This document shows positions 24,620 through 38,174 of a stretch of DNA of 64,000 nucleotides, one piece after another (within the stretch, counting starts at the first letter, position 1; every line of letters starts with the position of its first letter). A program made the translations under genes and the position numbers. The notes beneath the pieces are model-generated. The model saw only the letters and a list, made by a program, of their open reading frames with translations, did no database searches and was not told where the DNA came from. Source of the stretch: Octopus sinensis (Eukaryota); the NCBI RefSeq assembly GCF_006345805.1, contig NC_042998.1, forward strand, positions 96,286,001 through 96,350,000. Direction: 5' to 3'.

Positions 24620-25020
24620 TTTTTTACTTGTTTCAGTCATTAGATTGTGACCATGCTAGATCACCGTTTTGGAGAATTTTTTGTCAAATGAATCAACCCC
24701 TGCACTTATTCTTTGTTAAGCCTGGTACTTATTCTATCAGTCTCTTTTGCCAAACCACTAAGTTACAGGGACATAAACACAGCAACACCAGTTGTCAAGC
24801 AGTAGAGGACAAACAGAGACACACACACACACATATATATATATATGCATATATATGAAAGATCTCTTTCATTTTCCATCTACCAAATCCACCCACAAGG
24901 TTTTGGCCAACACAAGGTTATACTAGAAGACACTTGCCTAAAGTGCCATGCAGTGGGACTGAAACCAGAACCATGTGGTGGGGAAAGCAAGCTTCTTACC
25001 ACACAGCCATGTCTGCACCT
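24620..25020 (-). mobile_element. SINE family A, heavily CpG-decayed
   Basis: CCAAACCACTAAGTTACAGGGACATAAAC versus CCGAACCGCTAAGTTACGGGGACGTAAAC at 1139-1167. Confidence 0.85.
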
Positions 25021-25087
25021 GTATATATTCTATCTAATAGGATTTTTAATCCAACATTCTACATGCTATTATTTATAGCTTCATCTA

Positions 25088-25684
25088 TTGGGTCATCCCG
25101 TAAATAATGCGTTTTTTCAGTTGCATGAACTAAAAGTCCGAGGGGGATGGGATAAACTACATGTATCAACTTGCTATAAAAGCAGGTAGTAATTTCACCT
25201 TGTACTTATTCTTAGTGCAAGTTTTGAAGAGTGCTATTTGATTTCAGCAGTTATTTTTCAAAGCTATATTGGAAGTGACAAACGAACATATTCGGCATAT
25301 TTTGCTTTATGAGTTCAGTAAAGGTAACAGCGCGATGGAAAGTGCAAGGAATTTTAATGCAGTATATGGGAATCAGACAACGTAAATCAGTGCCAACGGT
25401 AATTCCAAATTATTCCAAGCCAGAAACTACAGCCTAGAAGACAAGCTTCATCCTGGAAGATCTGTAGAGTTCAATGAGGATGTCTTGCAAACCCTGTTGG
25501 AAAAAAATCCCATCATAACTGTTGAGGAACTAGCAGAGAACCTTGGATTTGGTCATTCAACCAGTCATTCAAGTCAGTGCTGGAAGAAAAACAACCATCT
25601 TTGGTTTCAAAATGAAAGGTGTTCTTCCATCAGGATAATGCTCGGCCACATACAGTGAGGATGACATCCCAGAGGCTGGAGCAG
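25088..25684 (+). pseudogene. Mariner (Hsmar/SETMAR-like) transposon fossil, internally deleted and 3' truncated
   Basis: TA|TTGGGTCATCCCGTAAATAATGCG end; translation EHIRHILLYEF..NAVYG..SLED..GR..TVEELAENLG, then HQDNARPH. Confidence 0.9.
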
Positions 25685-25709
25685 TATACACACAGTATAC
25701 ACACATGTA

Positions 25710-26120
25710 TACTCTTTTACTTGTTTCAGTCATTTGCCTGCAGCCACACAGGAGCACCACCTTTAGTCGAGCAAATCGACCCCAGGACTTATTCTTTGTA
25801 AGCCTTGTACTTATTCTATTGGTCTTTTTATGCTGAACAGCTAAGTTACGGAAACGTAAACACACCAGCATCGGTTGTTAAGCGATGTTGGGGGAACAAA
25901 CACAGACACACAAACATATACACACACATACATGTATATATATATACATATATACGATGGGCTTCTTTCAGTTTCCGTCTACCAAATCCACTCACAAGGC
26001 TTTGGTCGGCCTGAGGCTAAAGTAGAAGACACTTGCCCAACGTGCCATGCTGTGGGACTGAACACAGAACCATGTGGTTGGTAAGCAAGCTACTTACCAC
26101 ACAGCCACTCTTGCACCTAT
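25710..26120 (-). mobile_element. SINE family A
   Basis: Family motifs. Confidence 0.9.
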
Positions 26121-26289
26121 GTATGTAAATTTTTCTTATGAGACTTAGTTATATTTTTTATCCATGTGCTGAATCCATGGCTGTCTCTAAAGTGGCAAAG
26201 CTCTTTTGTTGATGACATCACTTGAAGCTAATTGTTTTTTTTTGGGGGGGGGGGGCGTGTATGTGGATAAACTTACGCTCACGTAGTGG

Positions 26290-26363
26290 GTGTGTCTGTC
26301 ACTTAAGAACGCAAGTGCATGCGTGTGTCTGTCACTTAAGAACACAAGTGCATGCGTGTGTCT
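26290..26363. repeat. Tandem repeat of ~31 bp, about 2.3 copies (GTGTCTGTCACTTAAGAAC(G/A)CAAGTGCATGC)
   Basis: Directly visible. Confidence 0.85.
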
Positions 26364-26939
26364 GTGTGTTCCATAATTATTATGTAACTGTGTGCATGTC
26401 ATCAGGTCAGAAGCTCCAGATGTGTATGTATGAGCATCTTTATGCTTATTTATATGAATATGGAAAAAAGATGGAAAGAGAGATGAGTAGATGTAAGGTG
26501 TCAGTATTGGAATTTAAAGGTCTTTGAGTTCAGTTTTGGTTCCCCCCACCCCAAAACTTACTGCTATGATCCATGTATATAACTCCATAGTCATTACATC
26601 AAGGATGAATGATTGTGACTAAAGATTAAAGCTATGTTTGAAGTTAAAAGATTTGAGCTCAAAGAAGATTTTATTAGAGAAAACAATTATTAAGGATATC
26701 TTTATTTTATCTTTTGTGACTGTGGTCATGCTGGGGCACTACCTTCAAGAATTTTTATTCAAATAAATCGACAACAGTACTTATTCTTCTAAAGCCTGGC
26801 ACTTATGCTATCCGTATCTATACACACACGCACGTACATACATACACCAAAACCAGTTGATAAGCGGTGATGGGAGACAAACACAGATACAGAAGCACAC
26901 ATGCACACCCACACACACACATATACATGTATATATATA

Positions 26940-27330
26940 TTATATAAAATCTGTCGTCTGTCTCTATGTATCTTCTAGGATCTCGGGCATCCTCCATCCG
27001 ATTGCGCTCAAATTTGATATGTAGACACTGACAGTATCAGGGCATGTATAAGTCTTGAAAAAATTACAAAAATCAATTCCAGGTGAGAATGCGATCGATA
27101 AAGCCGTGGGAATTTGTTTTTATATGCGCAAGTACATCAGCTGTTGCAATCGATACTATGCGTACATGAGAAAAATGCACATGCAGTTTGCGCAAAAAAA
27201 GCCAGCTGGCTTGAAATAATGCCACAAAATGGGATGGTCAGACAAGTTGTTTTGAGAAAATTTGGTTTAAATGTTTGACAAATCCGCACCATCCACTGGA
27301 CGGCGGCGGGGGGGGGGGCGTTTTGCTCGT
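26940..27330 (+). mobile_element. Probable non-autonomous Helitron nested in the (TA)n core of a SINE A (26703-27450, minus)
   Basis: TATATAAAATCTGTCGTCTGTC start, GC-rich end ...GCTCGT; SINE halves flank it. Confidence 0.55.
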
Positions 27331-27639
27331 GTATATATATATATATATATTATATATATATATATATACATATACAATGGGTTTCTTTCAGTTTCTGTCT
27401 ATGAAGTCCACTCAAAAGGCTTTGGTCAGCCCAAGGCTATAGCAGAAGACATGATATTAATATATAAGAAAATATGATTTTAAAATTTGTTTAAGAAGAT
27501 AGCAGTTTAAAATTGATGAATGAGAAATAGTGTCTTTCAGAAGGATCAATTTTGGGGAAAAAGAGTGATTGATATTTTACCTTTGAGAATGAAACATAAT
27601 GAGAAAAAAGTAATATAATTAGGAAGACATAACAAACTT

Positions 27640-28050
27640 ACTCTCTCTCTTTTACTCTTTTACTTGTTTCAGTCATTTGACTGCGGCCATGCTGGAGCAC
27701 CACCTTTAATCGAGCAACTCGACACCGGGACTTATTCTTTTGTAAGCCCAGTACTTATTCTATCGGTCTCTTTTGCCGAACCGCTAAGTAACAGGGACAT
27801 AAACACACCAGCATCGGTTGTCAAGCGATGCTAGGGGGACAAACACAGACACACAAACACACACACGCATATATATACATATATACGACGGGCTTCTTTC
27901 AGTTTCCGTCTACCAAATCCACTCACAAGGCTTTGGTCGGCCCGAGGCTATAGTAGAAGACACTTGCCCAAGGTGCCACGCAGTGGGACTGAACCCGGAA
28001 CCATGTGGTTGGTAAACAAGCTACTTACCACACAGCCACTCCTGCGCCTA
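27640..28050 (-). mobile_element. Young full-length SINE A with TSD ACAAACTTA
   Basis: ACAAACTTA at 27632-27640 and 28054-28062; near-consensus body. Confidence 0.92.
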
Positions 28051-28416
28051 TATTACAAACTTAGCTTTGTTTTTTTTATTAACGATGCTATAAACTTTGT
28101 ACAAACAGACTGTTGCAGTAAGCATTAATGCAAGCAGGAAAAGAATCTGTTAAGATTCTTTCTTTCTCTCTAAGTTGATGATGATGATATAGAAAATTAT
28201 TTATATTCATTCTTACTCATAGTTATATTTACAACCGTAATCATTAGACTTCCTTACAAATATTTATGTTGTAACCTAGAAATGCTGGTGGCTTCTAAAA
28301 AGAAGAGAAAAGTCAGCTTGCATCTTCTTTAATCAATCAATGAAAGTAATCAATTGCCAGTTTTAAGAAATTGCTTGTTTCAGTTTATATATATGGTCAT
28401 GTGTATGTATGCATAC

Positions 28417-28780
28417 TTTATCTTTTACTTGTTTCAGTCATTAGACTGCAGTCACGCTGGGACACCACCTTGAAGAATTTTTGTCGCATGAACTGACCCC
28501 AGTGCTTCTTTAAGCTCTTTTGCTGAACTGCTAAGTTATGGGGACATAAACAAACCAACACCTTGTCAAGCAGTAGTGGGTGCCAAATAAAAAACACACC
28601 CACACACACACACACACATATGACAGGCTTCTTTCAGTCTCTGTCTACAAAATTTGCTCACAAGGTTTCAATTGGCCTTAGGCTATAGTAGAAGGCACTT
28701 GCCCAAGGTGTCACACATTGGGACTGAACCCAGAACCATGTGGTTGGGAAGCAAACTTCTTACCACACAGTCACACTTGC
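28417..28780 (-). mobile_element. SINE family A, CpG-decayed
   Basis: Family motifs. Confidence 0.85.
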
Positions 28781-30046
28781 ATGTTGAAATGAAAATTTAA
28801 AACAACTTCAAGAAGTTACACTGATTAAAATGTCAGCATAGTTACTTTTATAGTGTGGGTAACTAACTCATTCAGCATTATAATTGTATTTTAATGTTGT
28901 TAGTGCCTATGCACTGAATAAACTGCTTGTGTGAAATGTGTTTTGAAATATAGAAGGAAAGAATATAGAAAGGGAATTTGTCTTAAAATGAAAACAACAA
29001 AACAAAAATGCTAGAAATAGAATCAAAAATATAAAAGGAAAATAGGGAAATAGATTTCTCTACTACATACAACAAATGGAGTATCATTAAGAAATATTTA
29101 TAGGATGGTCACTAGTGAATAGATAAGGTTCGTACAGTGTAGAGAGATAAAACTATCATGTTCTAGGATGTCAGATGAAAACAAAAAGCAAAGTGAAATG
29201 GAGTAAAATTAAATAAAATAGATATGACTTGACTTCTCACATCAGACAATATTATATCCTGAATGGAAAGCTAAATTATCTGACATCAAATACCCAATCC
29301 ATTGCCTAATAGTCATTGTATTTTTGTCAGACAAATGTTTGTCGACATTAGAGATAACATTTTTAATCTATCTTTTACTGCAGGGCTAGCTTGTTAGACA
29401 TAAGATGTTCTTTGTTTCTCTTTCTATTGTATTTAGTTGACTAAACAGCTGCCTCTCCTGTTACATCATTTTTAGTTAAATTTGCATGAGAATAATCTAG
29501 CTGTCATTGACCCAAAAGATTGTCTGATCTAGACTTCTAGACTAAACATGCTCAAGGTTTTTGTATCAGAACCCAACGTTTTTTTTATATGCAACAAAAA
29601 AACAAAACAAAAAAATTGTTGGCTGAAACCTAATGGGTAGAAAATGAACCTAATCAACAAAATCAGTTTGGAAAAGGAAGGAAAAAGCATTTAGTATGTT
29701 GCATTTTCACTTACATTGATATATAACTAGAATCAACTTAACTGCAAGATATTCAGTAACAAATACTTGGAGGAACAGTCATGCATAATATGTAAACAAC
29801 GCACCATTTGAGAAACACAAACCATCACTACACAAGTTTTACTGTTTCACTAATTTGACTCTAACACCATTTCAGTTATATGTGGTCTTCGGCTCAGTCC
29901 CACTACACAGTAGCTCAGACAAGTGTTTTCTACTGTGGCCCCAAGCCAACCAAAGTGTTGTGAGTGGTTTGCTATATATAAACTGAAAGAAACTTACATC
30001 TATTTGTGTGCGTATATATACATATATATATATATAAGTATATATA

Positions 30047-30123
<77 letters not shown>

Positions 30124-30194
30124 ATGCATATATATATATGTATATATGTGTATATATATATATATATGTATATATATATGTAAATATATATATG

Positions 30195-30225
<31 letters not shown>

Positions 30226-30246
30226 ATATATATATATATATATATA

Positions 30247-30533
30247 CTGAGACCCCCTTCGGTCATGACTGACCATGGGATTGCACCTAGAAAGTTACCC
30301 TCCCAGCAAACGTCCAGGCAAGGTTACTTGTGGAAGACCAGCAGTTGCCCATGCATACCGGCCTCCCCTCTCCGTGCCACCAATGTTATCCAAGGGAAAG
30401 GCAAAGGCCGATACAGCTTGGCACCTGTGACATCGCAACACATATCTACAGGTGAGTGAACTGGAGCAATGTGAAATTCACAACCTCACGATCGTAAGCT
30501 TGACGCTCTAACCACAGATCTATGTGCCTTCAC
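30247..30533 (-). mobile_element. tRNA-derived SINE family C, internally deleted, within (AT)n
   Basis: Reverse complement of 52689-53019. Confidence 0.88.
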
Positions 30534-30541
30534 TATATATA

Positions 30542-30612
<71 letters not shown>

Positions 30613-31759
30613 TGTTTGTGTGATTGTATGTGTATGTTTCTGTGTCATGCATGCATTTAAAATTCTAAAGATGAATTCTTATGATATTTATACTCACAAT
30701 CTCGTGCTCACCCACACAATCACATATATGCATACACACACACACAGATATACCTATTATACATACATGTGTGCATATATATACTCACACATACACATAC
30801 ATAAATCCGTACTCACAAACACACATATGGCTGTGTGTATTGTCCTTCCTCATTTATGCTCTTGTGGCTAATAAAAGTTGTAATTATTATTATTATTATT
30901 ATTATTATTCACTGAACACTATAGTATCACATTACCATGGGAGTATCACAATTCCATGACTGGTTATTAGTACTTGACATGCCATGGAAAGGTGAAACCC
31001 AAAGTGTAATATGATACTTTATAACATTTGGTTAATAATTTAAAAAAAATATATTATGCTCTGCAAACAAGCAATAACTTATCTTTTCTTTTATATTTGC
31101 TTCAAATTAGTATATGTGTGGGTGGGTGGGAGGAGAGATGGGAGTTTAAGTTGGCGGAATTGTTAAAGCAGCAGATAAATTGTTTTATAGTAATTTTTCT
31201 GGCGCTCTTTGTCCTGAGTTCAAATCCTGCTGAGGTCAACTTTGCCTTTCATCATTTCTGGGGTCAAATGAGTGCCAGTCATGTACTTGGGTGAAATGAT
31301 TCTACTTTCTGTTTCTGTTTTCTGGAAGAAAATGGTTGTGTCAGACCTGGAGCAGGATAGACTCCACCAGGTCTAAAAATGCTCAAGATATACCATATGT
31401 TATGATGGCATGTTTATGATTCTATCATAGGAGTTAAGGGCCCAAAGATAAGGCAAAGCAATATCTGTATATCTATCCTCATCATCACCATCATTGTTAT
31501 AATGCCCACTTTTTCATGATCGCATGGGTTAGACGGAAGTAATTTGTCTATAAGTAGATGCCCCTCCTATCACTAACTGTTTGACCATGGCCAGATGTTT
31601 CTCAATAGCCTAATGTTCTACAATCAGGAGCAAACTGCATAGTCACACTGCTAAATCTGTACATACCATGTGTGTGTGTGTGTATGTATGTGTCATCATC
31701 ATCATCAGCTCATCCTTTGAATCCAAGGATTGATTTCTTATCCTAGTCAAATATTTGGA

Positions 31760-32370
31760 CCATTAATGGTGAATATGGTTAACAAAGCCAATCCTCACAT
31801 AGAACACACAACTGAATTGACCCCATATGAATGTCAAAGTCCTTTGTGGTTGCTGCTGTCTGGCCCTCCATTGCCATTGTCTCTACTCATCTTTTCTTAT
31901 TCTTTGTCTTTGAAACAATATTATATTATTGTTTATGTTCTGTTGGTAACTGGGACGGTTGGTTATGTGTCTGCTTTGGAGTTGATTTGAACTGTTCTTT
32001 GTAGTGTTGAAGAGGGGCTCCTCATTATCTTTTCCTGGTTGTCAGTTTGCTAAAGAGGATTTGATGAGGAAATCATTCATTGTTCATCCTGATGATATGA
32101 CTGGCTCATCGAAGATGATGTCCAATGATTAGGGATTTGATGCTCTGGCTATTTGCTCTTTCTATCACAGTTATTGGAGACATAGTCAAAATACTCAATG
32201 TTTATAGGAGTGCCACAGGCGGACTCTCCCCCATCAACCAACAACTCCTTAACAACAGATCAAGCTGAAAAAAAAACTCTCGTATTGCTATGGTTAGATG
32301 TGCTCATCGGTTTATGGTAGCGGATGAGGGAAACTCCATACTTCACAGCTATGAAGGTGTGATTCAACCA
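31760..32370 (-). pseudogene. Decayed RTE/BovB-like LINE 3' end
   Basis: Minus translation CEVWS...HLR*ASHIIRMNNE*FPHQILFSKL..KR..GAPLQHYKEQ, compared with QLRWAGHVxRM..RLPKQLLYGEL..GKR..G..KRYKD. Confidence 0.8.
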
Positions 32371-32459
32371 TAATTTAGAATTTGCAGTTTCATTTCAAAA
32401 TTCTGCCTGTCTCATGCTCCTTACATGTACATACACACGCACACTCACACACACACACA

Positions 32460-32491
<32 letters not shown>

Positions 32492-33189
32492 TACACATAC
32501 ACATGTATTTATGGCACTCCACCATTTCTGCACCACCCACACAACCTACCTGACATTCCAGTTTATAATAATAATTTTTTACATTGACACACACTTACTC
32601 CTCTTACTGGTACAAGACTGCATACTTTAGCAGAAGGGTGTAGTTTATTTAATCAATTCCATTTGTGGCTGGTACATTTATTGCCATGGAAAGATGAAAG
32701 ACTAAATCATTCTCACTGGAATTTTTTAATTCTCACGTAAAAGAATGCCACAAAGTATTTTATCTAAAATCTTACCGGTTCTGTCTCTCTGCTGTCCTCC
32801 TACACAAAGCCATAATAAGGTATGTGAAGTCACACAAGCTTCAGCAAAGGTATTGCTTGTTTACATTAACTCTAGTTCCTGATTGGTAATTATTTATTTC
32901 ATTGCCTTGTCTCCAGAATGATGAAAGGTAAAGTTGACTATTGTAGGATTGGAACTCTAAATGTAAAAGGCTATAGTGAATAATGGAAAATATTTTGTCT
33001 TCCACACTACTCATACCCTGTTAAAATCTTTTTGATTGATCCTCATCAAAATCAAGTTTGCCATTCACATTCCCTCTAATGTGTAGCATACAGTAGAGTT
33101 GGTTTGATATGTATAGATCTGTCTGAGATCACACTGATCTGTGGTTTCCTTTTCACATTACTAATATAAAGTTCCAACCACTTTGTTAA

Positions 33190-33437
33190 TGACCACATGA
33201 CTGACCAAGCTATCAGATGTTGTTACACATCGCTGATCACAATGCACTTTTGCATTGTTTTAGCCTTCAAATGACACCGCCCCACTGGCTAGGTGAGCAG
33301 GGCAGCATTCCCTTCTGATCGAAGGGGGACTGGAGCAACATGAAATGAAGTGTTTTGCTCAGGAACATAATGCACCAACCAGTTGGGAAATTGAACCCAT
33401 GGTCTAGTGATCATGAGTGCCACAACCTAACCGCTAG
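33190..33437 (-). mobile_element. SINE with family-C-like head and core but a different tail
   Basis: Minus TTCCTGAGCAAAACACTTCATTTCATGTTGCTCCAGT core after a decayed tRNA-like head. Confidence 0.65.
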
Positions 33438-34359
33438 TACCGGACCAAAATCTTAAACTCTGCATTCAGAAGAGTTATGAACCAGAAAATCATTGACAAC
33501 AGTCACTTTCTGTTCTTCCTCTACTACATGACTATTGCCCTTGTTCACAGAACTGGGAAATCTTTCATCTGCTGTCATTTGTTGTAGGGAAAAAATGATA
33601 TCCATGTTACACTGTGGCACATCTAGCATCGTCTCGTAGCATGCCAGTGTGCTGCAGAATACTACTTGTGGAGCACTGGGTTAGATTGATAGCAATCTGG
33701 TAGAAATGTGAGTTTATTTAGTTACCTGTTTCTCTTATTTCTATGTTCAACCTTCACCAATGCTAAATTTTCCATTCATGGGTCAAGAATCAATATCAAA
33801 GGTTCCTATAACACTCTGGAACTAATCCAATTAACTCTACCCTTTCGCCCTTTCACTCTTCCCTATCAACCTCTGGCCTTGTGCCAAATGAAGGAATTTT
33901 CATTATGATTTCTTTGACTCAACACAATACAAATATCTTGTAGAGTCAGCTAAAACATTCACCCTACTAATTAGCTGTTAATTGTTTTATCTTCAAAGTC
34001 AATCTCAGAAATGTATTAGCTGATAACAAATAAAAAAAAATAAAATAGAAATATTTTTTAGATCTAGAATAGATGAAAAAACAAAACAAATAATAGATTT
34101 TAAGTGTTCTTGTAGCAGTTATGATTATGATAATACTAATAAGTGTTTCCAATTTAGGTACTAGGCAAGAAATTTGTACAGGATTGGGAACAGTCACTTC
34201 TGTTGACTTCAGTACTTGACTGATACTATATTTTATCAGTCCCAGAAATATGGAAAGCAAAGTTTACTTCGGCAGGATTTGAACTCATTGTTACTCTCAT
34301 GATCACTTCTGGGGTGACTTTGTTTTGACTTGCTCTGAAGTATATTGTGCTTTTAACAT

Positions 34360-34654
34360 TGTTGTTTGTTCCTTCTTGAGCCATGCCTGGCTCATAGGGC
34401 CAGTTTCCTTGGCATATAGGTTCCCCACCGGGATGGGACGCCGGTCCATCGCAGCTGAGCTACAAGATGCAGGACAAAAGAGTGAGAGAAAGTTGTGGTG
34501 AAAGACTCAGCGGAAGTTCGCCATTACCTTCTGTCGGGGCCACATGGAGCTTAGGTGTTTCGCTCATAAACACACACATCGCCCGGTCTGAGATTCGAAC
34601 CTGTGTTTCCTCGACTGCGAGTCCGCTGCTTTAACCACTAGGTCATGTGCCTCC
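34360..34654 (-). mobile_element. tRNA-derived SINE family E; a related tail fragment lies at 58050-58145(+)
   Basis: Head GGAGGCACATGACCTAGTGGTTAAAGC...GGTTCGAATCT; tail GATGGACCGGCGTCCCATCC...(CAA)n. Confidence 0.8.
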
Positions 34655-35169
34655 ATGCTTTTAACATTATTGATGTTTAAAGAGAATTTTCCAGGTCAAA
34701 AATCCATAGCTTCTGGTGTTTAAACAACGCACATATGTTGTATTGATTAATGTTGTTATTGAAGAGCTTGTTTCTATTGCATAATTCAGATACTTATATG
34801 TTAATACATGTATGCATATATGGGTGTGTGTGTATTTATATGTATATTTATACATAAATATGTGTGTGCGTTTGTAACCTATAAAGTAAACATACAAACA
34901 AAGCAAGTTTAACTATTCTCCTGTAATCAACTTTTGAACTTTATTTGGGTGTCTGCATCACTTGACCAACCTCAGAGAGACAAGTAGTCAATCTTTTTAT
35001 ACACTCAAGAAATCCAGTAGCTACAGAGAAGTGGAGTGACTAATTTGCATACCATAAGTCTTTAACACTTTATTCTAATATCAGCAGCCTGTCAACAGGG
35101 ATTTCAGTCCACACAGAATCAAAGTATGGTATAATATATGTAACCTAAGGACAGGCTTCTTTCAATTTT

Positions 35170-35398
35170 GTGCCTGTGCCACGTAAAAACTGATCGTGGC
35201 CATTGCCAGCCTCACCTGGCACGTAAAAAGCACCCACTACACTCACGGATTGGTTGGCGTTAGGAAGGACATCCAGCTGTAGAAACACTGCCAGATCAGA
35301 CTGGAGCCTGGTGCAGCCTCCTGGCTTCCCAGACCCCAGTCGAACCGTCCAACCCATGCTAGCATGGAAAATGGACGTTAAACGATGATGATGATGAT
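35170..35398 (+). mobile_element. Repeat family D ending in (GAT)n (SINE or RTE-type tail); copies at 37300-37500(+), 38810-39000(-), 41455-41641(+), 44075-44310(-), 47177-47650(-), 52245-52620
   Basis: Conserved GGTTGGCGTTAGGAAGGGCATCCAGC...CCCATGCTAGCATGGAAAA..GGACGTTAAACGATGATG. Confidence 0.85.
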
Positions 35399-35872
35399 CT
35401 ACCCAATCCAAATCAATTTACTAGGCTTTGATTGACCTGAGGGCCCAAAATGGCATTCAGTGGGACTGAACCCAGAACTAACATGGCTGGTAAACCACAT
35501 ACCTGTAACAGCACCTAATTCTAATGACATTAAATGGAACAAAAGAGACAGGAAGCAAAAAAAAAAAAAAGAAAAAAACCCACAAGATTAACAAGGCAAT
35601 AGTGGAAGGTGGTGGTGTGGGAGAGCATCGTTAAATCTCCCAAACAAGAAAATAAATGCCTTGTCTCTAATGTATTTCTTCTGTTTGGTTAGATTAGAGC
35701 AATTTCTTCAATGTTAACCTGTATGTTCCAGTTTTCTTCTATTAGTTTCACTTTACCTTGGTTCATTAAGTACACAGTGAATCGATTGTGTTCTTTTTAA
35801 AATAACAACAATGATTGGACATTGTTTTATATCTTCCTCTTTCATGCCCTACTCTCTTTCTTTCTCTCTTTT

Positions 35873-35912
<40 letters not shown>

Positions 35913-35985
35913 TCCCTTTTTCTCATTGCCTGTCTATAGTTATCCACCTATTTGTCTGAATAGTCATTTGTCTGTCAATCCTTAA

Positions 35986-36041
<56 letters not shown>

Positions 36042-37671
36042 GTATATACATATACATGTGTGTGTGTGTGTCTGTATATATATATATATATCATCATCAT
36101 CGTTGTGTGTGTGTGCATACATATACTCCTATATAGTGCACATAAGTGTAGAAAATATATGTGTGTACACATTTATATATGTATACATATGTATAGATAT
36201 GTGTGCTTCTACATTCATACTTATCTACAATCATCCATATCAACCTGCTGATCTCTCTCTCTTTTCTCTCTTTCTCTCTCACTCTCCCTTTATCTATTTA
36301 GCTCTTTATCTATTTATCTATCTATATGCTCATTAGTTATCTCATTAGTTATCTTTCTTCATTTGCTCACTGTCTGAAAACACACACACACACACACACA
36401 CAAACAGACAAAACACTATTTTCAATATTACTTTCAACATACATTTAGATCCCCCAACTCTTGAATTGTTTGGCATGAACTAATTACTAGAAAAGCTTCA
36501 ATTATACACCACCACCACTACCACCACTGCTGGTACTACTGCTACTACTACAACTACTACTTTATATTAGTATATCTTTTAAGGCTGAATGTTAATGAAA
36601 AATCAGCTACAGTCAACATGGCTGCCACCACCCAGCAAGTTGATAGTAAAAATAGACTTATAAATTGAGGGAGTTGAACTGATTCAGTTATAGTAAACAC
36701 TGATTATACTCTGCTTTTTCATTGATCTTTCAATGGCATCTCAAATCTAACCTTGCTCTTTGTGACAGATTCCTGTGTTTTTTTTTAAATTTTGTATATT
36801 TTTTCGTAGTTGCTTTCTTATTTTCTTCTGTACATATAGTTAATGCCTTTTGTTTAAATCTAGCAGTTGTGTGGCAGCTAATTCATAAGTTGTTAGTCTT
36901 CATAGGTTTATGTGTGAGTTAATTGTCAACCACACTACACACACATACATATGCACACACAGACACACACGTGTGTATCATCATCATATATATACACATG
37001 TATACACACACACACTTTGAAACATGTATGCATCTCATATGATTCCACCTGCAAGTTAGGTATACATGTACTACATGTCTCTGTTTCAATATTACATACT
37101 ACTTACATACACATAGTACTTGTGCACTTGCATTAAGGGTCATACATACAAACACACACGCACATCAGAATTTTAAGAATCTGCTCAACCACAACCACTT
37201 CTCTCATTCTCCTATCTTAACTCCCACACCATCAAGCATTAGGATGTAGTACCAGACCCTTCCTTGGGTTTATAGACTGGTGAGTTACATGATGATGACT
37301 GCGATATTGCTGGTGTCTTGGAAAAAGTATCGAGTACACACTGTAAAGTGGTTAGGGTTAGGAAGGGCATCCAGCTGTAAAAACCATACCAAAGCAGACA
37401 CTGGAGCCTAATGTAGTTCTTGGACTCAATGAATCCTGTCAAACCATCCAACCAATGCCAGCATGCACAATTGATATTAAATGATGATGATAATGATGAT
37501 TAATGTATGTTTAATAATAGTAGCTTATTTATATGTATGTGCCAGAAATATATTTCAGCTTTAGTCACATCTTCAATATATATATATACATATATATGCA
37601 AATGAATAATAAGAAAATTGAGATATTGAAGTTAATAAGAGTTTATTATCATAAAGAAAAATCGATCATTA

Positions 37672-37754
37672 TCCCTTACAGCTGTTTCAATTACACTTAG
37701 TGAATTTAAATAACTATTAAAATAATATTTTTCAGCTTAATCTCTTCAGAGGGA
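37672..37754 (-). ncRNA. Type-I hammerhead ribozyme motif (minus strand)
   Basis: UCCCU-CUGAAGA-GAUUA...UAAUU-GAAAC-AGCU-GUA-AGGGA: 5 bp stem I, intact core boxes, palindromic stem III, GUA cleavage triplet. Confidence 0.75.
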
Positions 37755-37835
37755 AAAAGAATATATCCTTAGACATATTGTGTGTTAGTTTTTAGGGTTA
37801 AAAAACACACATTATATCCAAGGGTGTATTCTTTC

Positions 37836-37901
37836 TCCCTCTGAAGAGATTAAGCTCAGAAATATGATTTTAATAAGCTTAATTGAAACAGCTGTAAGGG
37901 A
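37836..37901 (+). ncRNA. Type-I hammerhead ribozyme motif (plus strand)
   Basis: UCCCU-CUGAAGA-GAUUAAGCU(loop)AGCUUAAUU-GAAAC-AGCU-GUA-AGGGA; predicted cleavage after 37896; the first pair of stem II is G.U rather than G-C. Confidence 0.8.
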
Positions 37902-38133
37902 TAATGATCGATATTTTTGCTGATATTAAACTCTTATTAACTTCAATATCTCCATTTTCTCATTCATGTGCATGACTATAAACCATCGTTTATATATAAA
38001 CCTATTAATTTATGGATATTAACCTGCCACCAAAAATATTAGGTATTGAACCAGTATTTTTTTGGATGATACCATCCCTTCATGAGGCCAATATAACCTC
38101 TATTTGAATTATATACATACATACATATATATA

Positions 38134-38174
<41 letters not shown>

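Larger units (their letters stand above)
37612..37960. repeat. ~350 bp imperfect palindrome (foldback), probable inverted Penelope-like pseudo-LTR pair
   Basis: Arms 37612-37786 and 37804-37960 are reverse complements with few mismatches and one ~20 bp indel. Confidence 0.92.

Noticed and set aside
27818-28015. Recurrent peptide YDGLLSVSVYQIHSQGFGRPEA..CPRCHAVGLNPEPCGW resembling a gene family
   Set aside because: It is the antisense translation of SINE A; starts and frames vary between copies.
33551-33707. Exon candidate with CACAG acceptor and GTGAGT donor
   Set aside because: All three frames contain stops and there is no other support.
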